A DNA stretch of 64,000 nucleotides from Octopus sinensis (GCF_006345805.1 NC_043008.1:29636001-29700000), one strand, 5' to 3'; numbered from the stretch's first letter, positions 11,753-24,790 are shown. Notes: a model not told the origin generated them from the sequence alone. A program made the numbers and translations.

Positions 11753-13025
11753 ACAATTGTTATTATTATCATCATCATCATCATCATGATCAGCTTTATC
11801 AGCATTATTGAATTATACTGTGACGATGTTATTTTACTGTGCATCGAAATAATTGTGAAGACATGGAATTTGCTAATAACAGCATAAGATATAAGGAAGG
11901 AAAAGAATTTTACGAAGAAAAAGCTTTCATATTTAAATCTACTAGCAAGAAATCGGGGTTGATCAATAAACACATTTTCTGAACCACCTGCTCTTTTGTT
12001 CTTACAACTACATTCTTATCTGTACATTTGTATATATTTTTTTTTTCTGTATAGAAAAGTATGAAACGTGTTTAATCTTGCAAATAGAAGTTCCTCTTCA
12101 TATTCTTACTTCTGTCCTTCATTTTGCCTCGTATATTTCCTGCTGACTTCCATGTTTAACGTATTATTGCACCTAATTTTCTATCATTATTTATGTTTCT
12201 CTGTTTTCTAAAAAAAAATCTTTATTTGCTGCTTTTATAGTTTTCGATATTTTTACAAATGTGATATACATTTATGTAAGTATAATGGCGTATTAAAAGA
12301 TAATTTTTATTTCCAGTTTCAAGTTCTTCATAATTTTGTCAGGTTTGTTGTATTTACTACTATTTTTATAGTATGAATACAATATACAATATACATAAGG
12401 TTTATTCGAAATGATTTACTTTACATTTCATTTATTTTGAAAGTAATATGCACACTGCTTCTCTTTGTTTTTTATCACTTTGTTTCTCTTTACAAAATCA
12501 GTTGCACCTGCAATTAAGAGCATTTTCCTGTAATATGTTATCGTGAATTTGCTAGCATTTTAATTTCTTGGCGATTTCAATGCGAAATATCTGAATTTTT
12601 GCATTTATATCCTTCTCTATTCTTTACAAAATATGAGTATTTGCATTTTTTGTGATAATTAAAAATTCGTCTCTGTAGCATGAAAACAAATTATAGTGAA
12701 GTTGATAAAAAATATTTAGATCATCTAGCATTTTTGTATATACTTATAAAACTAAGTTCTAAATGTATTAATTTTATTCCATTCAGCGTGTCTGGTGGAT
12801 ATCATTATGTAAGTAGTTTAGAAAATTCTTGCTAACAATACCATTCTAAAACACACCTGAATATTTTGAACTACATTCAGTCGTATAAGCATTTATTCTT
12901 ATGGTGTTAAACTTTTTTGATTTAGGACGATCCTATCGTATATTAAATACAAGCACTTCGGGATATGGCTTATGCTTTACAATTCATGTAATTATCTGCC
13001 TCTATGATGTCTTTAATAGATTTAC

Positions 13026-13090
13026 CAGTAAAGTTATTATCAACAACGTGTGAACAGAAGCAATCTTCTTCCTCCCGAATATTTTCGATT
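13026..13090 (-). CDS. Candidate exon (IENIREEEDCFCSHVVDNNFT), possibly upstream in the same minus-strand gene
   Basis: Strong acceptor ttttttcctctacag| and donor ACTG|GTAAAT; ends in phase 1, compatible with the exon at 5306. Could instead be part of a decayed ORF. Confidence 0.25.
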
Positions 13091-14007
13091 CTGTAGAGGA
13101 AAAAAAGATTTTTTAATTCTTTTTGGAGATGAATATAATCTCTCCTCAGCCCCAAAAGTAAAATTCCGGAATAACTTGTATATGTACAGGCATAAGTTTC
13201 AAACCCAAATCTGAAGTTTTTAATAGTTGCAAGCGCATTTATGAATACGTTTCATGAATCAACCGAAAGAAATCAGAGTGTTTACCCAGAACATACTCAA
13301 ATACTTGAGAGGTAGAATGTGCATGTAATAAGTTCAAGGAAATTCATTTGTTCTCCCCGTAAGCCCTCTGATCTTAAAAGATCCTCTAATTACTCTATAT
13401 TTCGTGAACCGACATTAAAACGCTAAAACCCTAACTCAATCAGCACAGCATATTCACGTTTACCACAAAGTCGATATCTTTAGATATTTGAAAATAGTTC
13501 ACTATACTTCAATAGGTCAATATCAGGAGAAGTATTTCCTTTCTATTTGTGAAAGTTATTTTACATGCATTAAAGCGTTCACATTAATAATACAGGATTT
13601 TTCGAACATTTATCAGAACAGAGGATGAATATGATACAAACTGAAGTTGGGACGGCTTTCCACCAGCATAAATGAATTTACACGTTCAGTAAAGCAGGTG
13701 TAAATCGACTGTACAGGGTGGAAACGAATTCCATATTGTTTGACTTTAAACGTTTAGTAATATGGTCGGTGCAATATACTTGCAATTCTATTCAAATTAA
13801 ACTTATATTTAGCATATTGTGTGTTCTGCACTCTGCCATAAAAACCTTGCTGCATCAGCACACACACACACACGCTCACATACGTACACACACACGCACA
13901 CATACACACATATACTCGTGCGAACGCACACATACACCACTCACACAATTTATATCTATATGAGTATGTGTACCTATGCATGTGTGTCTGTAGATATAAT
14001 CTGTGTG

Positions 14008-14119
<112 letters not shown>

Positions 14120-14474
14120 GGACATATATATTACATAGATTGATTGCATAGATAGATAAATGAGGTTTATATTTGCAAAAAAGATAGTTCGGAAGAATAC
14201 CATAATATATTTTCGAACGGAAATTCCGATTGGTGCGCGCGCGGTACAGACTTAAACTACTAGTAGTTTGTGCAGTAAGTAACAAAACAAATGGTTATTT
14301 GGAATAACAGTTTTGTCGTTGAAAGATTAGAATGTAGGTTTTTAAAAATGATAGTTGCTTGACAAGCAAACACGAATTAAAATGTTCTATAAACACTAAA
14401 ATATATCAGTAGAATTGAATGGATCACCCAACTTTTCATCTTGTGGTCGCCGTCGTCGTCATTGTCGTACCACC

Positions 14475-14498
14475 AGCAGCAGCAGCAGCAGTAGAAGC

Positions 14499-14593
<95 letters not shown>
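14475..14593 (+). repeat. (CAG)n(TAG)n microsatellite
   Basis: Directly visible. Confidence 0.97.
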
Positions 14594-16474
14594 AAATATG
14601 AATCAATTAGTGCATTATTCGAGTATACTCGAAATTTAGTCATTAGTTATAAACGAATAAAATCGAATTAATTGTATTTATGCTCTGACAACACATATGT
14701 CTCGTACTAATCAATGTTGACATGAATGTTTGTGCTGTCAGTTTAATCCATTCTGTTTCTGTTGAGTGTTAAAAAACAACATGAACAAGAAGATTGCTAA
14801 ACAGAAACGAAATTATAGTCGTACATCCTATTTAACACCTACAGTTATTATACTACAGTCATCGAAACATCCTTACACGATGGTATAAATCTATAAAATT
14901 TACGTCCCACTATGTATAGATATAGGCAGGAACTTCTTTATGACATGAGTTGTCAGGATAATAGCACATCTGATATATTACTGCTGAAGAAATTCTCAAC
15001 ATTCTGTAGACTTAACCTCGATTTGTACTGATTATCAAATTAGTGGAAAGCTAAATATTTGTGTGTGTGTGTGTGTGTATGTGCAAATGTGTGTTCGGGT
15101 GTGTGTGCGTGTAAATATATATAATAGAGAAAGTGAGACAGGGTGGGAGAGGGATTATACTTACACATGACTAACACTCGCATACACACATTGTTACAAA
15201 TACACACATGATCGTGTATGTGCATGTGTGTGTGTGTATTGGTTGTTGCTGTTTTGTGTTGCTAGCTATTGTCTAAGTTTTGAAGACTTCTGATTATAGC
15301 ATAAATTCCAGAAGAAAACAAATGATTTTATGATGAAAGGAAACAATTGTATTGATTTTCTCCTTCGAATTACCTATACACATACTCTTAATGGAAAAAT
15401 GATTGAAACGCAATTAAGAAATTACTTTGTCTCAAATGGAAGTCCGCATTATTACTGTGTGTTTTGAATAGCAATCTACTGAACAACAGCTGTCGATTAT
15501 CTCTGCACACAGAAGTGTAGCAGAGTATTTAGAAAACTGTATGGAATTTAGCTTGAGAGTATCATCGACCGGTTTTAAACTTCAAGCAGCATCGTTTTTA
15601 TTACAGCTTTCGTCCTGGTTATTCATCACTTAAATTGCAAGCCATGCTTGCAATGTCCGGTAGTACGCAGTTGTATTAGGATGGTTCGACATAACAAGTC
15701 GATTTAGACTTAAATTATGTAAACTTCGAAGTGTTATTAAAGTTCTCGTTTAATTACGTATGCTACACAAATTTTGACGCAATTGATTTTAATAAAGACC
15801 TAGAAAACGTCTGTAACCAAAGCATCTAAATACGTGTCATCTTCAAAATACCAATTACGAAAACCTTTGTGATTTATAACCTATGAATTGCAAACAAGTA
15901 TATACTGCTGCTGAAGATGATAATTTTCTATGTATTTAGTAAGGGTAAAATCTAGAAGATAAAACAGCGCACTGGTGATGGTTATTTTTCATTATTTCTA
16001 TATTGTTATTGCTAATATCATTTATACTTTACATTTGTTTTATTACATTGCATTGACTGACACATACAGTATTGGTGCTATGACTACCAATTGGCCAAAT
16101 TATTCAAATCGATTGTTATTGACACATACACACCTGTACAGAACCTGTCACCACCATGAAAATAATTAACTAATTAGACTGAAGGTTTCACCGGCATTTA
16201 TAAGGCTTTTAAACATTAAGGTGCTTCCATTGCATGGGCTCTCTACATCAGTCAATTTTTGTGTAATTATATTTTCACTGTCACTGTGTCTTTTTCTTTC
16301 TTATTCTCCTTCATACATACGAACACATATTGACGTCAAAAATATGTGTAACAGCTAAAAATGTTCGGGAAGCAAAATACATATCAGCATTTATGAATAA
16401 TTAAATGTATATTCATATATCTAAAGTCATAAGTATATGCATTTATAAATATGTATATGTGTATGTGTGTGTGT

Positions 16475-16517
<43 letters not shown>

Positions 16518-16539
16518 AATGTGTGTGTGTATGAATACA

Positions 16540-16900
16540 TATGTGTATGTTTCCCTTGTTATTAGGAATTTCCCAAAGAATTATATGTATTACACTATTA
16601 TCAACTCAGCCGGTTAGGATTGGTTTTTCCAACACAAAAAATTTCTTACAAATTATCTCCTCACATAATATTAGCCTGTTAAATAGGGATACATTTACTA
16701 ATACTAGCATTAATTTAGCTAATACCATCCATCCCCCTAGAAATATTAATAACAACGTTAGTGTATCTGAAGTCAATTACAACAGAATCAAGTTTATATC
16801 AAGTAACTCTAAAATTAAAAATTCTATATGCCAGTGTAAAATTACTTCTTGTAATGAAGTATTTTTTATATAGACAGCTCTTTTATCTAAAAGAATTTCC
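16540..16900 (-). mobile_element. Possible highly decayed LINE apurinic-endonuclease fragment
   Basis: Broken frames AVYIKNTSLQEV...LELLDINLILL loosely resemble the GVAxYIK region of CR1-type APE domains. Confidence 0.25.
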
Positions 16901-17832
16901 AATCATAACTCTACATTTAGGGATAAGAATAAACGTAACAATACAGGGCTTAGTAAATTAATTTGGTATTTAAAAGACCATAATAAACAATTTAATTTAG
17001 ATTGGTTGATTCTCTCAATTTCGATATCTTATGATAAAGGCAAGGAATTCTGTCTTCGCTGTAATTGTGAGCTATTTTTTATTCTTTTCTCTAAAAATGC
17101 CCTTGCAAACATGGTTAGAGAACGTGGCATACCGATGTAAACATTGGCAGGAACACATCTTCAAATCATATAAATGAAATCTATCATTATATATAATTTA
17201 AACATTAACATTTTCTTACATTTCACATTCACTAGATATACATTTTTCCTAGACTATAGGGTTTTATTTAATTTACATACGCAGAAATTGTTTTGTTTTT
17301 TGTTTAAATTTAGGGTAAATTTTCAGAGTTTAGTCAGAAAAGTCTAATTTAAATTGAAATATTCTTGTTTCTCACCAAATAACACTCAGTTTTTAAAATA
17401 TATTTACTGATGAGTGATATCATGAAAATATGGAAAGTTAAAAACAGTTTCAATGATTTCTCTGGAATATCACTCGGCATTTGTTTGACAATGATAGTTA
17501 CTAAGACGGCATTAGTAAAATTCTCTCAGCATTTGCAAAATACATCGGTAATATATAGGTAAAGAGATCGACTCACACTAGGATGTATTATAGATTTATA
17601 CATATCATGACAATATATGTTACTTTATGAAGTATTTTGTCATTTTTAGATACATTTTTACGCGTTCGAAACACGAACACTACACGCTAACTGATAATGT
17701 AGTATTATATCAATTTATATTAATATTGAACCTTATAGCTATGTAATTGTTGCTTCGCTAAAATCGCATTTTCAGAACACCGAAAGCCATTTGGTCCTAG
17801 ATTTTGAAATGAGAACAAACTACATTATTCCT

Positions 17833-18013
17833 TTCTACTGTAGGCACAATGCCCGAAATGTTTTCAGAGGGGGGCCAGTCGATTAGATCGACCACCGTAC
17901 GCAACTGGTACGTGCTTTATCGACCCCAAAAGGATGAAAGGCAAAGTCGACCTCGGCGAAATATTGCTAAGCATTTCGCGCAGCATGCTAACATTCTGCC
18001 AGCCAGCCACCTT
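17833..18013 (-). mobile_element. OK-like SINE with internal deletion
   Basis: Reverse complement begins taaggtggctggctggcagaatgttagcatgctgcgcgaaatgcttagc...gaggtcgactttgcctttcatcc. Confidence 0.8.
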
Positions 18014-19531
18014 AACGAACTAAAATATTGTCTTCACATGTCGTCTTATTCGAATGTCCGAAAAATATAAAAGGACTTATTGGAGAACATGAATAATATC
18101 TAATTGGAAGAAGGCAGAAAATACAAATAAATTTTATATATGAAATTTCCTAAGACACTGTACATCTGTGATAATGTGACTGTTCCTACTATATTAATTT
18201 GTAGTCAATTGTCTCATAACATTTTTAATTCTAAGCTTTTAATTTGGAATGAAGCTTAATTTGTCGTACTACTGTGGTTCTTTTCTTCCAATTATCGTCA
18301 ATATTCTGAAGCTGTTTTATCATAAATTACGGTGACTATGTGATTTGAGTATGTATCATAATTAGTGTGTCTCTCAATCCTGATTGCTTAGTTGTCGCCA
18401 ATTGAATATATTAGTCAATAATATAAGTATGAAATTTATACGCTAATGTAATTTTTTCTTTGTAATCTCTCTACATTTCTATGTTTTCTAATGAATATAA
18501 AATCTTCTTATATTAAATACCCACAAACCAAATTTAAATTAATATGTTAGTTTTTACATTTTATATATTTTTGTCATATCTTCTCATTGAAACACTACTT
18601 AATATTAAAAGATAAGCTGCAAAAAAGTTACAATATTGATATTATCATTCTTTATTTTTCCGTGATTGTTTTCTTAGCGAAACGTAAGAGGATTAAGTGT
18701 ATAAAAACCAATGAGATTTGAATACGTATTGTATACGTGTATACATACATAGTGGAATACTTGGTGTCAATGAGATTGTTTCTCAGTTGGTGAGAATTAA
18801 AAAGCTGCAGTAGTAAACAAAATATAAGTTGTACTTGTGTGATACTCGTATGTGCGGAATTTTGAATTTACTTATAAAGTATATCAGGAAGTGTGAGACA
18901 ATATAAAAATGTAATTTTAATAAAGTTGATGGTTAGGCATGGGTTGATGTAGATTAAATACTGGAAATATTATTTTTAATATGATTCGATACATATATTT
19001 TATAGGAAAACATATAAAATATATGAGTGAAATGATATTAGTGGAGATATGATGTGAAGATTTCTTGAGTGCAATGTAAAATGAAGAAAATTCATTTGAT
19101 TTCAAAACAATTAATTATGGATATTGTCCTTGAATCGATTAATATTTCTTGATAAAATTTGAAATAAACAGACATATTTTCAATTGGTTTAATAAAATAA
19201 TTTTTTTTATCTTATCATCATATGTCAATCACTATTTAGTCGATTCAGAAAAGAACAACTCAGTTTCTACAGTTTGGTAACACTTGCATTGATATTACAC
19301 ATTAATTATTTTATTGATATATGTGTTAGTGGTTACAGTAAACTGGAGCATCGCTTGTGACTTCGTAACCAGTCATCAGCAGCATGCAAAATGGAGAAAC
19401 TCAGTTGAACTAGTCTAGGCTTGTGGAATTAGCTATCATAAATGACCACAAGTGCTATAGTTCCTAGTTCAAATTAATCACTTATGACTCGCCAATGAAA
19501 TACCTAATCTTACGCATGTTTATGCAGATAT

Positions 19532-19608
<77 letters not shown>

Positions 19609-19611
<3 letters not shown>

Positions 19612-21021
19612 AACTTTGATGTAGTCAACTTGTATACCAGTATACCTCATAATTATGGACTGGAGGCAATACAATTCTGGTTAGACCAATTACCGGAAGA
19701 AATACCAAAAAGGATCAGTAAGGAATTCATTACTAAATCAATTGAATTCATCCTACACAATAACCACTTCATGTTTGACAATACATTTTACCGTCAAAAA
19801 TCCGGAATTGCTATGGGTACAAGGGCAGCACCAGTCATTGCGAACTTAACAATGGGATACATGGAAATAATCATTTACCAGGAATCTCTATCAATCTTTG
19901 GAAACTCCCTCTCTCAATACATAAAAGAGAATTGGAAACGATTCCTAGACGATTGTTTCATTCTCTGGAATGAAAACATAGATAAACTCCTAAAATTTAA
20001 AAACCTATTGAACAGCATAAACCCAAATATACAGTACACAATGGAATACAACCAAAAGGAGCTCCCGTTCTTGGATATACTAATTAAAAAAATTAACCTT
20101 AAAATAGAAACAGACATTTTTTACAAAGCCACAGACGCCAAACAATACCTTCTTTTTAATTCATGCCACCCAAGACACACTAAAACAAACATCCCCTTCA
20201 ACCTTGCAAGAAGGATATGCACAATAGTGTCAGAACAAAATACCAGGAACTTTAGACTGCAAGAACTCAAAAACACCCTAATTGACAGACATTACCCAGC
20301 TCAACTCATAGAGGATGGGATCAGACGTGCAACAGAAATCAACATAGAAACTTTAAGAAAAGTTCAACACAACAACACACCTTCCCCGAAAATACTACCT
20401 TACATATCTACATACAACCCCAGAAACAAAGAAGCCTTCACCATCATCACCCAGAATTTACCAATACTTCATAAAAACCCAAAATTAAAGGAAATTCTAA
20501 ACATACACCAAATCATTAAAAGCTACAAACAGCCTAAATCACTTAAAAAGATTCTCACAAAGGCAAAATTGTCTTCTAAAATTACGGATGCAAAAGTTAA
20601 AAAATGTGGTAGATCGAACTGTGCAACATGTCCTAACCTATTGGAAGGATCAGAATTCTTCTTTAAAGAGGGACAGAAATTTAAGATCAAATCTAACTTT
20701 ACTTGTGCCTCTGAAAACATAATTTATGTTATTAAATGCTCGGGCTGCCACCAAGACTACGTGGGTTCCACGGGACTATCACTCAGGCGCAGATGCACAC
20801 TGCATCGACAACAGATTGCATTCCCAGAATATAGAATGATACCTTTTAGTGAGCACATCGAGAAATGCGCAAAGCAACTACTGCCACAATTTTTAATCTT
20901 CCCATTTTACCAATGTGCTTTCGGATCATCAACACAAATGAGACTGAACAAGGAAACATTCTTCATTGAAAAGTACAAACCCAGACTCAACCATCCGAAC
21001 ATACTGACACAGAGAAATTAA
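19609..21021 (+). CDS. Penelope-like element polyprotein, 5'-truncated: RT (motif A onward) + thumb + Cys linker + GIY-YIG endonuclease
   Basis: FDVVNLYTSIP, GIAMGTRAAPVIANL, RFLDDCF, LPFLDILI, FYKATD...SCHP, CGRSNCATC, IIYVIKCSGC...YVGSTG, ETFFIEKYKPRLN. No stop or frameshift in 471 codons. The first 38 aa of the listed ORF are (TA)n read-through. Confidence 0.95.
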
Positions 21022-21369
21022 CAAGGAAATGGGAAAAAAAAATTTTTTAAGCGATTATCTCCCCTACACCGGAAAAAATCACTCACTACCTCCCCTTATT
21101 TAGAAATCTTCTGGAAATAAAAACAACGATAATTCCATACAATATAAACATAACGTCACAAGAAATTTGAAAAGCTACACGCGAAACCGGTAATTTCTTT
21201 AAAAATTTTAAAATTATGTCATTTTAAGGAAAGGAAAAAAATTTTTCCAATATTCTCCAGACATTTTGACACAAATATATATATTTTTTAACATTTAAGC
21301 CTTCTGTCGTTTTTTCACACTTTACTATTTTCGTATATATTCACCCACGTGCTTTACCAAACAAACTTT

Positions 21370-21370
<1 letters not shown>
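21022..21370 (+). mobile_element. 3' UTR / pseudo-LTR of the Penelope-like element, ending at a (TA)n tract
   Basis: Directly follows the ORF stop, contains a hammerhead motif, and abuts (TA)n at 21371. Confidence 0.7.
21160..21199 (+). ncRNA. Minimal type I hammerhead ribozyme with U3-A8 variant core
   Basis: AAGAAAT (stem I) - TTGAAAA (core) - GC tacac GC (stem II) - GAA-A CCGG T (palindromic stem III ACCGGT) - A (H17) - ATTTCTT (stem I'). Confidence 0.7.
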
Positions 21371-21465
<95 letters not shown>

Positions 21466-21562
21466 GGAGTAAACACATAAATGTGAAACAAGGTGGAAAA
21501 AAGAGTACTCAAATACCAGTGGTAGAGTAATATGCTTTATTTTAAGCAGCAGAAAATTCAAC

Positions 21563-21610
21563 AAAATCTGTTACTCTGAGTTTCTCGTTGCCGTTCATCA
21601 GACAGTTTTT
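21563..21610 (-). ncRNA. Minimal type I hammerhead ribozyme, canonical core
   Basis: Minus strand: aaaaaCTGT-CTGATGA-a CG gcaa CG a-GAAA-CTC a GAG-TA-ACAGatttt. GUA cleavage triplet; GCAA tetraloop in stem II. Confidence 0.8.
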
Positions 21611-22858
21611 GCTAGAATGGAACATATATATTAATTCAATCTATACTCTTACAAACGCTACACCTTTAAAAAGAAATGGACTTGTTTGATTGGCCCTTTA
21701 GAAAAAAACGGTCAATCTTCGAGCGATAAACAAAAAGGTCAAAAATATATGTATATATATATAAAAAAACTTATAAAAATTATAAAAATTATAAAATCCG
21801 CACGCGGCTAAATTTAAAATGTCGAATATAAATATACCATATGGATAGAGTATATATTTTGTATTTTGATTTTTGATTTTGATTTTGACTCTTAAGCGCT
21901 ACGACGGATCTATAGCAAAGTCTTATTGTTTCTACATATATATTAGGAAAAACCTACAAACTTTGTTTTCATGTTATTGTATTGCATAGGATTACCTTGA
22001 TTATTTATATTACCTTGATTATTTATAAATGACCCAAAATAGGATGTTATATTTTATTTTATATGTCTTTCGTATATATTTTTATTAATGCACCCATTTT
22101 TTAAAAGCAATGTTTTTTTTAAAAAAAGCAATGTTGTCAAATTTAGAATGTTTATATAAGTTTGTGTATAGCAAAGCATATGTATTTGTAAGCATGCGTA
22201 TCTGTGTATGTGTAAGTGAAAGTATGCTTGTGCTTAAGCACGCATACACACGACGGTATGTATATGTATCAATTCAAACTTGTGTATGTATACTGGCCTC
22301 TATAGATGCCAATAACATCGCTACAAGTTTCCCCCCCCTCTTTCGTTCCTTTTTCTCTCTTTCCCTTTCTTTCGTTCCCCCTCCTTGCTCAGTATATGAG
22401 AATTGCTACATAGATGAATTTTAGCTTGCGTGCGAGACGGTTTGCGTGAATATATGTACACATGCTTTTATGTGTATAATTTAGATTCATATTCATACGT
22501 CTGTATATGTATGTATGGCGTTTACGCGCATCCTTTTGTGTATGTTGATATATATATGTGGATTTTAATATAAATATGTATTGCAGTATTTATAACAGGT
22601 TTAATTTCTATGCATTAATTTGTACTGTCTTCATTAACGGCAATAGGTTTTTTCCTCGGTTTTTTCCTCGGATTTTATAATTTTTATAATTTTTATAAGT
22701 TTTTTTATATATATATACATATATTTTTGACCTTTTTGTTTATCGCTCGAAGATTGACCGTTTTTTTCTAAAGGGCCAATCAAACAAGTCCATTTCTTTT
22801 TAAAGGTGTAGCGTTTGTAAGAGTATAGATTGAATTAATATATATGTTCCATTCTAGC

Positions 22859-22906
22859 AAAAACTGTCTGATGAACGGCAACGAGACACTCAGAGTAAAA
22901 GATTTT
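22859..22906 (+). ncRNA. Mutated copy of the same hammerhead (probably inactive)
   Basis: GAAA changed to GACA and stem I ACAG changed to AAAG relative to 21563-21610. Confidence 0.65.
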
Positions 22907-23265
22907 GTTGAATTTTCTGCTGCTTAAAATAAAGTATATATATATATATATATATACGCGCGCGCACATTCGTACACACCTATATATTTATATAAATATA
23001 TATATATATATATATTTATATATATGTATGCATATATGTATATATGTATATATGTATGTATATATATATATATGCATGTATGTATATATGTATATATTTG
23101 TCCTTCTTGTAAGGATATATACCCGATTTTCTAAGCTTTCTTCACAGCATCCTGCGTTTGGGAATTCCCTTATTTAGGGTAGATAACCGACTCACTCGGG
23201 GCTTCTAAGCTTGTTTACAAAAATGGTCTATGTACATATATATATTGTGTGTGTGTGTATATATA

Positions 23266-23348
<83 letters not shown>

Positions 23349-23356
23349 ATGTATGT

Positions 23357-23583
23357 AAGGTGAGCTGGCAGAAAGGTTAGCACACTAAGCGAAATGTTTA
23401 GCAGTATTTCGTCTGTCTTTACGTTCTGCGTTCAAATTCCTGGATGCCGACTTTGCCTTTCCTCATTTCGAGGTCGATTATATAAGTACCAGTTATGTAC
23501 TGAGGGTCAATATAATCGACTTAATCCCTTTGTCTGTCCTTGTTTGTCCCCTCTATGTTTAGTCCCCAGTGGGCAATAAAGGA
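23357..23583 (+). mobile_element. Full-length tRNA-derived SINE (OK-like)
   Basis: aaggtgagctggcagaaaggttagcac (A-box region), gttcaaattcc (B-box), conserved core and gtgggcaataaagg tail. Confidence 0.85.
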
Positions 23584-23614
23584 ATATATATATGTATATA
23601 TATGTATGTATTTA

Positions 23615-23650
<36 letters not shown>

Positions 23651-23849
23651 TGTATGTATGTATGCATGTATGTAAGGGGGGATTTTCAAACGCAGGATGC
23701 TGTGAAAAGAGCATATAAAACCGTGTATATATCCTTACAAGAAGGAAAAACGTGGCCGGAAATTATCTATGGAAAATAGAAGCCTTTACCTCTCAAATAC
23801 CGAATGGGTACTCTGTGCTATTAACCATTGAAAAACCTGGCAACAAACA

Positions 23850-24480
23850 CCGTCATTTTGTAATGCGCAATAATATATTTTCCAATGTGAGAATAATTTG
23901 GTAGCCAGTTATGAAGAGGTATTAAGGAGAATTTGCATTGATTATATATTTGCTGTTGTGTTCTAGATCAGGGAATATTCGTGAACATAGAACTTTGTTA
24001 TCACGTGTGTCTATTTAGGTGTGACATCTTTGCTTCTTATGGTTGCTTCATTACCGCTGGTTTTAAGATATTAATAGGTTATGGGATCTTTTGTTCCGAG
24101 TTCATTGCAGTATTCAAAGCTTTTTTGTTATGTGCGTTTATTAAGGTGTGTCAGATTTTGAGAAAAGAGCTTTTAAGGGTTACAAATGAATGTAAATAAG
24201 GGGTAAGTTTTAGAACGTTTGCGAGCTTCATACTTCGTGTTGGTTTTATTTAGGGATTATCACATGTTTCTATTGTGTTGGTGATTTAGCAAATAACAAT
24301 GTCAGCGTATCATTGGTATGGAATATTTCTTAATCCCTTAATTTAGTATTTCAAAGGGGCTGTAGGCAGATGTAAATATTGTTGGTAAGCATATGCATTA
24401 ATAGGGGATCTTTGTCTAAGAACCTAATTGTTCAGTAATTTGAGATTTCTAACATTTTGTTTCGGGGTATGAAGTGTATG
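23850..24480 (-). mobile_element. Heavily decayed PLE fragment (thumb-linker region)
   Basis: Broken frames LRNIPY, SKTYPLFTFICNP...FSQNLTHLNK and YIINANS parallel NIPF, ILPYISTYNP...TQNLPILHK and FKIKSNF of the 19609 ORF. Confidence 0.35.
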
Positions 24481-24613
24481 GGATATTTTTATAAATATTT
24501 TATTCTGTTAAAACTGCGGTTACTTTCAGCGTAAGCTGACTATATATATATAGTCAGCTTACGTTGAAAGGCAACAAAGTTTGCATCAGAAGCGTTGAAA
24601 TGTATTGAAAGAT

Positions 24614-24790
24614 AGAGATAAGGAAATAATTTTATTCTCAAACGCAGGGGATGCTAATAATATAGCATGAACAGGATAAACTATCCATATTTTGCAGAAA
24701 TCTGTCTGCAAAATACGGATTATTTATCCTGTTCATGCTATATTATTAGCATTACCCTATGTTTGAGAATAAAATAATTTCCTTATCTCT
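24614..24790. repeat. ~177-bp near-perfect foldback palindrome (MITE-like)
   Basis: agagataaggaaataattttattctcaaac...tattttgcaga / tctgcaaaata...gtttgagaataaaataatttccttatctct; arms ~85 bp, loop of a few nt. Confidence 0.85.

Larger units (their letters stand above)
21462..22935 (-). mobile_element. Second PLE family remnant: ORF-end trace + pLTR with an inverted 5' pLTR copy, flanked by (TA)n on both sides
   Basis: 21535-21795 and 22675-22932 are reverse complements (~260 bp). Minus-strand CIEIKPVIN at ~22610-22585 resembles a GIY-YIG C-terminus. Carries an HHR. Confidence 0.75.

Noticed and set aside
17405-17480. CTGATGA-gtgatatcat-GAAA hammerhead-like core
   Set aside because: No stem I or NUH/stem III can be formed; the segment is instead one arm of a small inverted repeat (gagtgatat / atatcactc).
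19345-19390. Minus-strand CTGATGA...GAAG with partial stem I upstream of the PLE ORF
   Set aside because: Non-canonical GAAG, no stem II or III pairing and no valid cleavage triplet.
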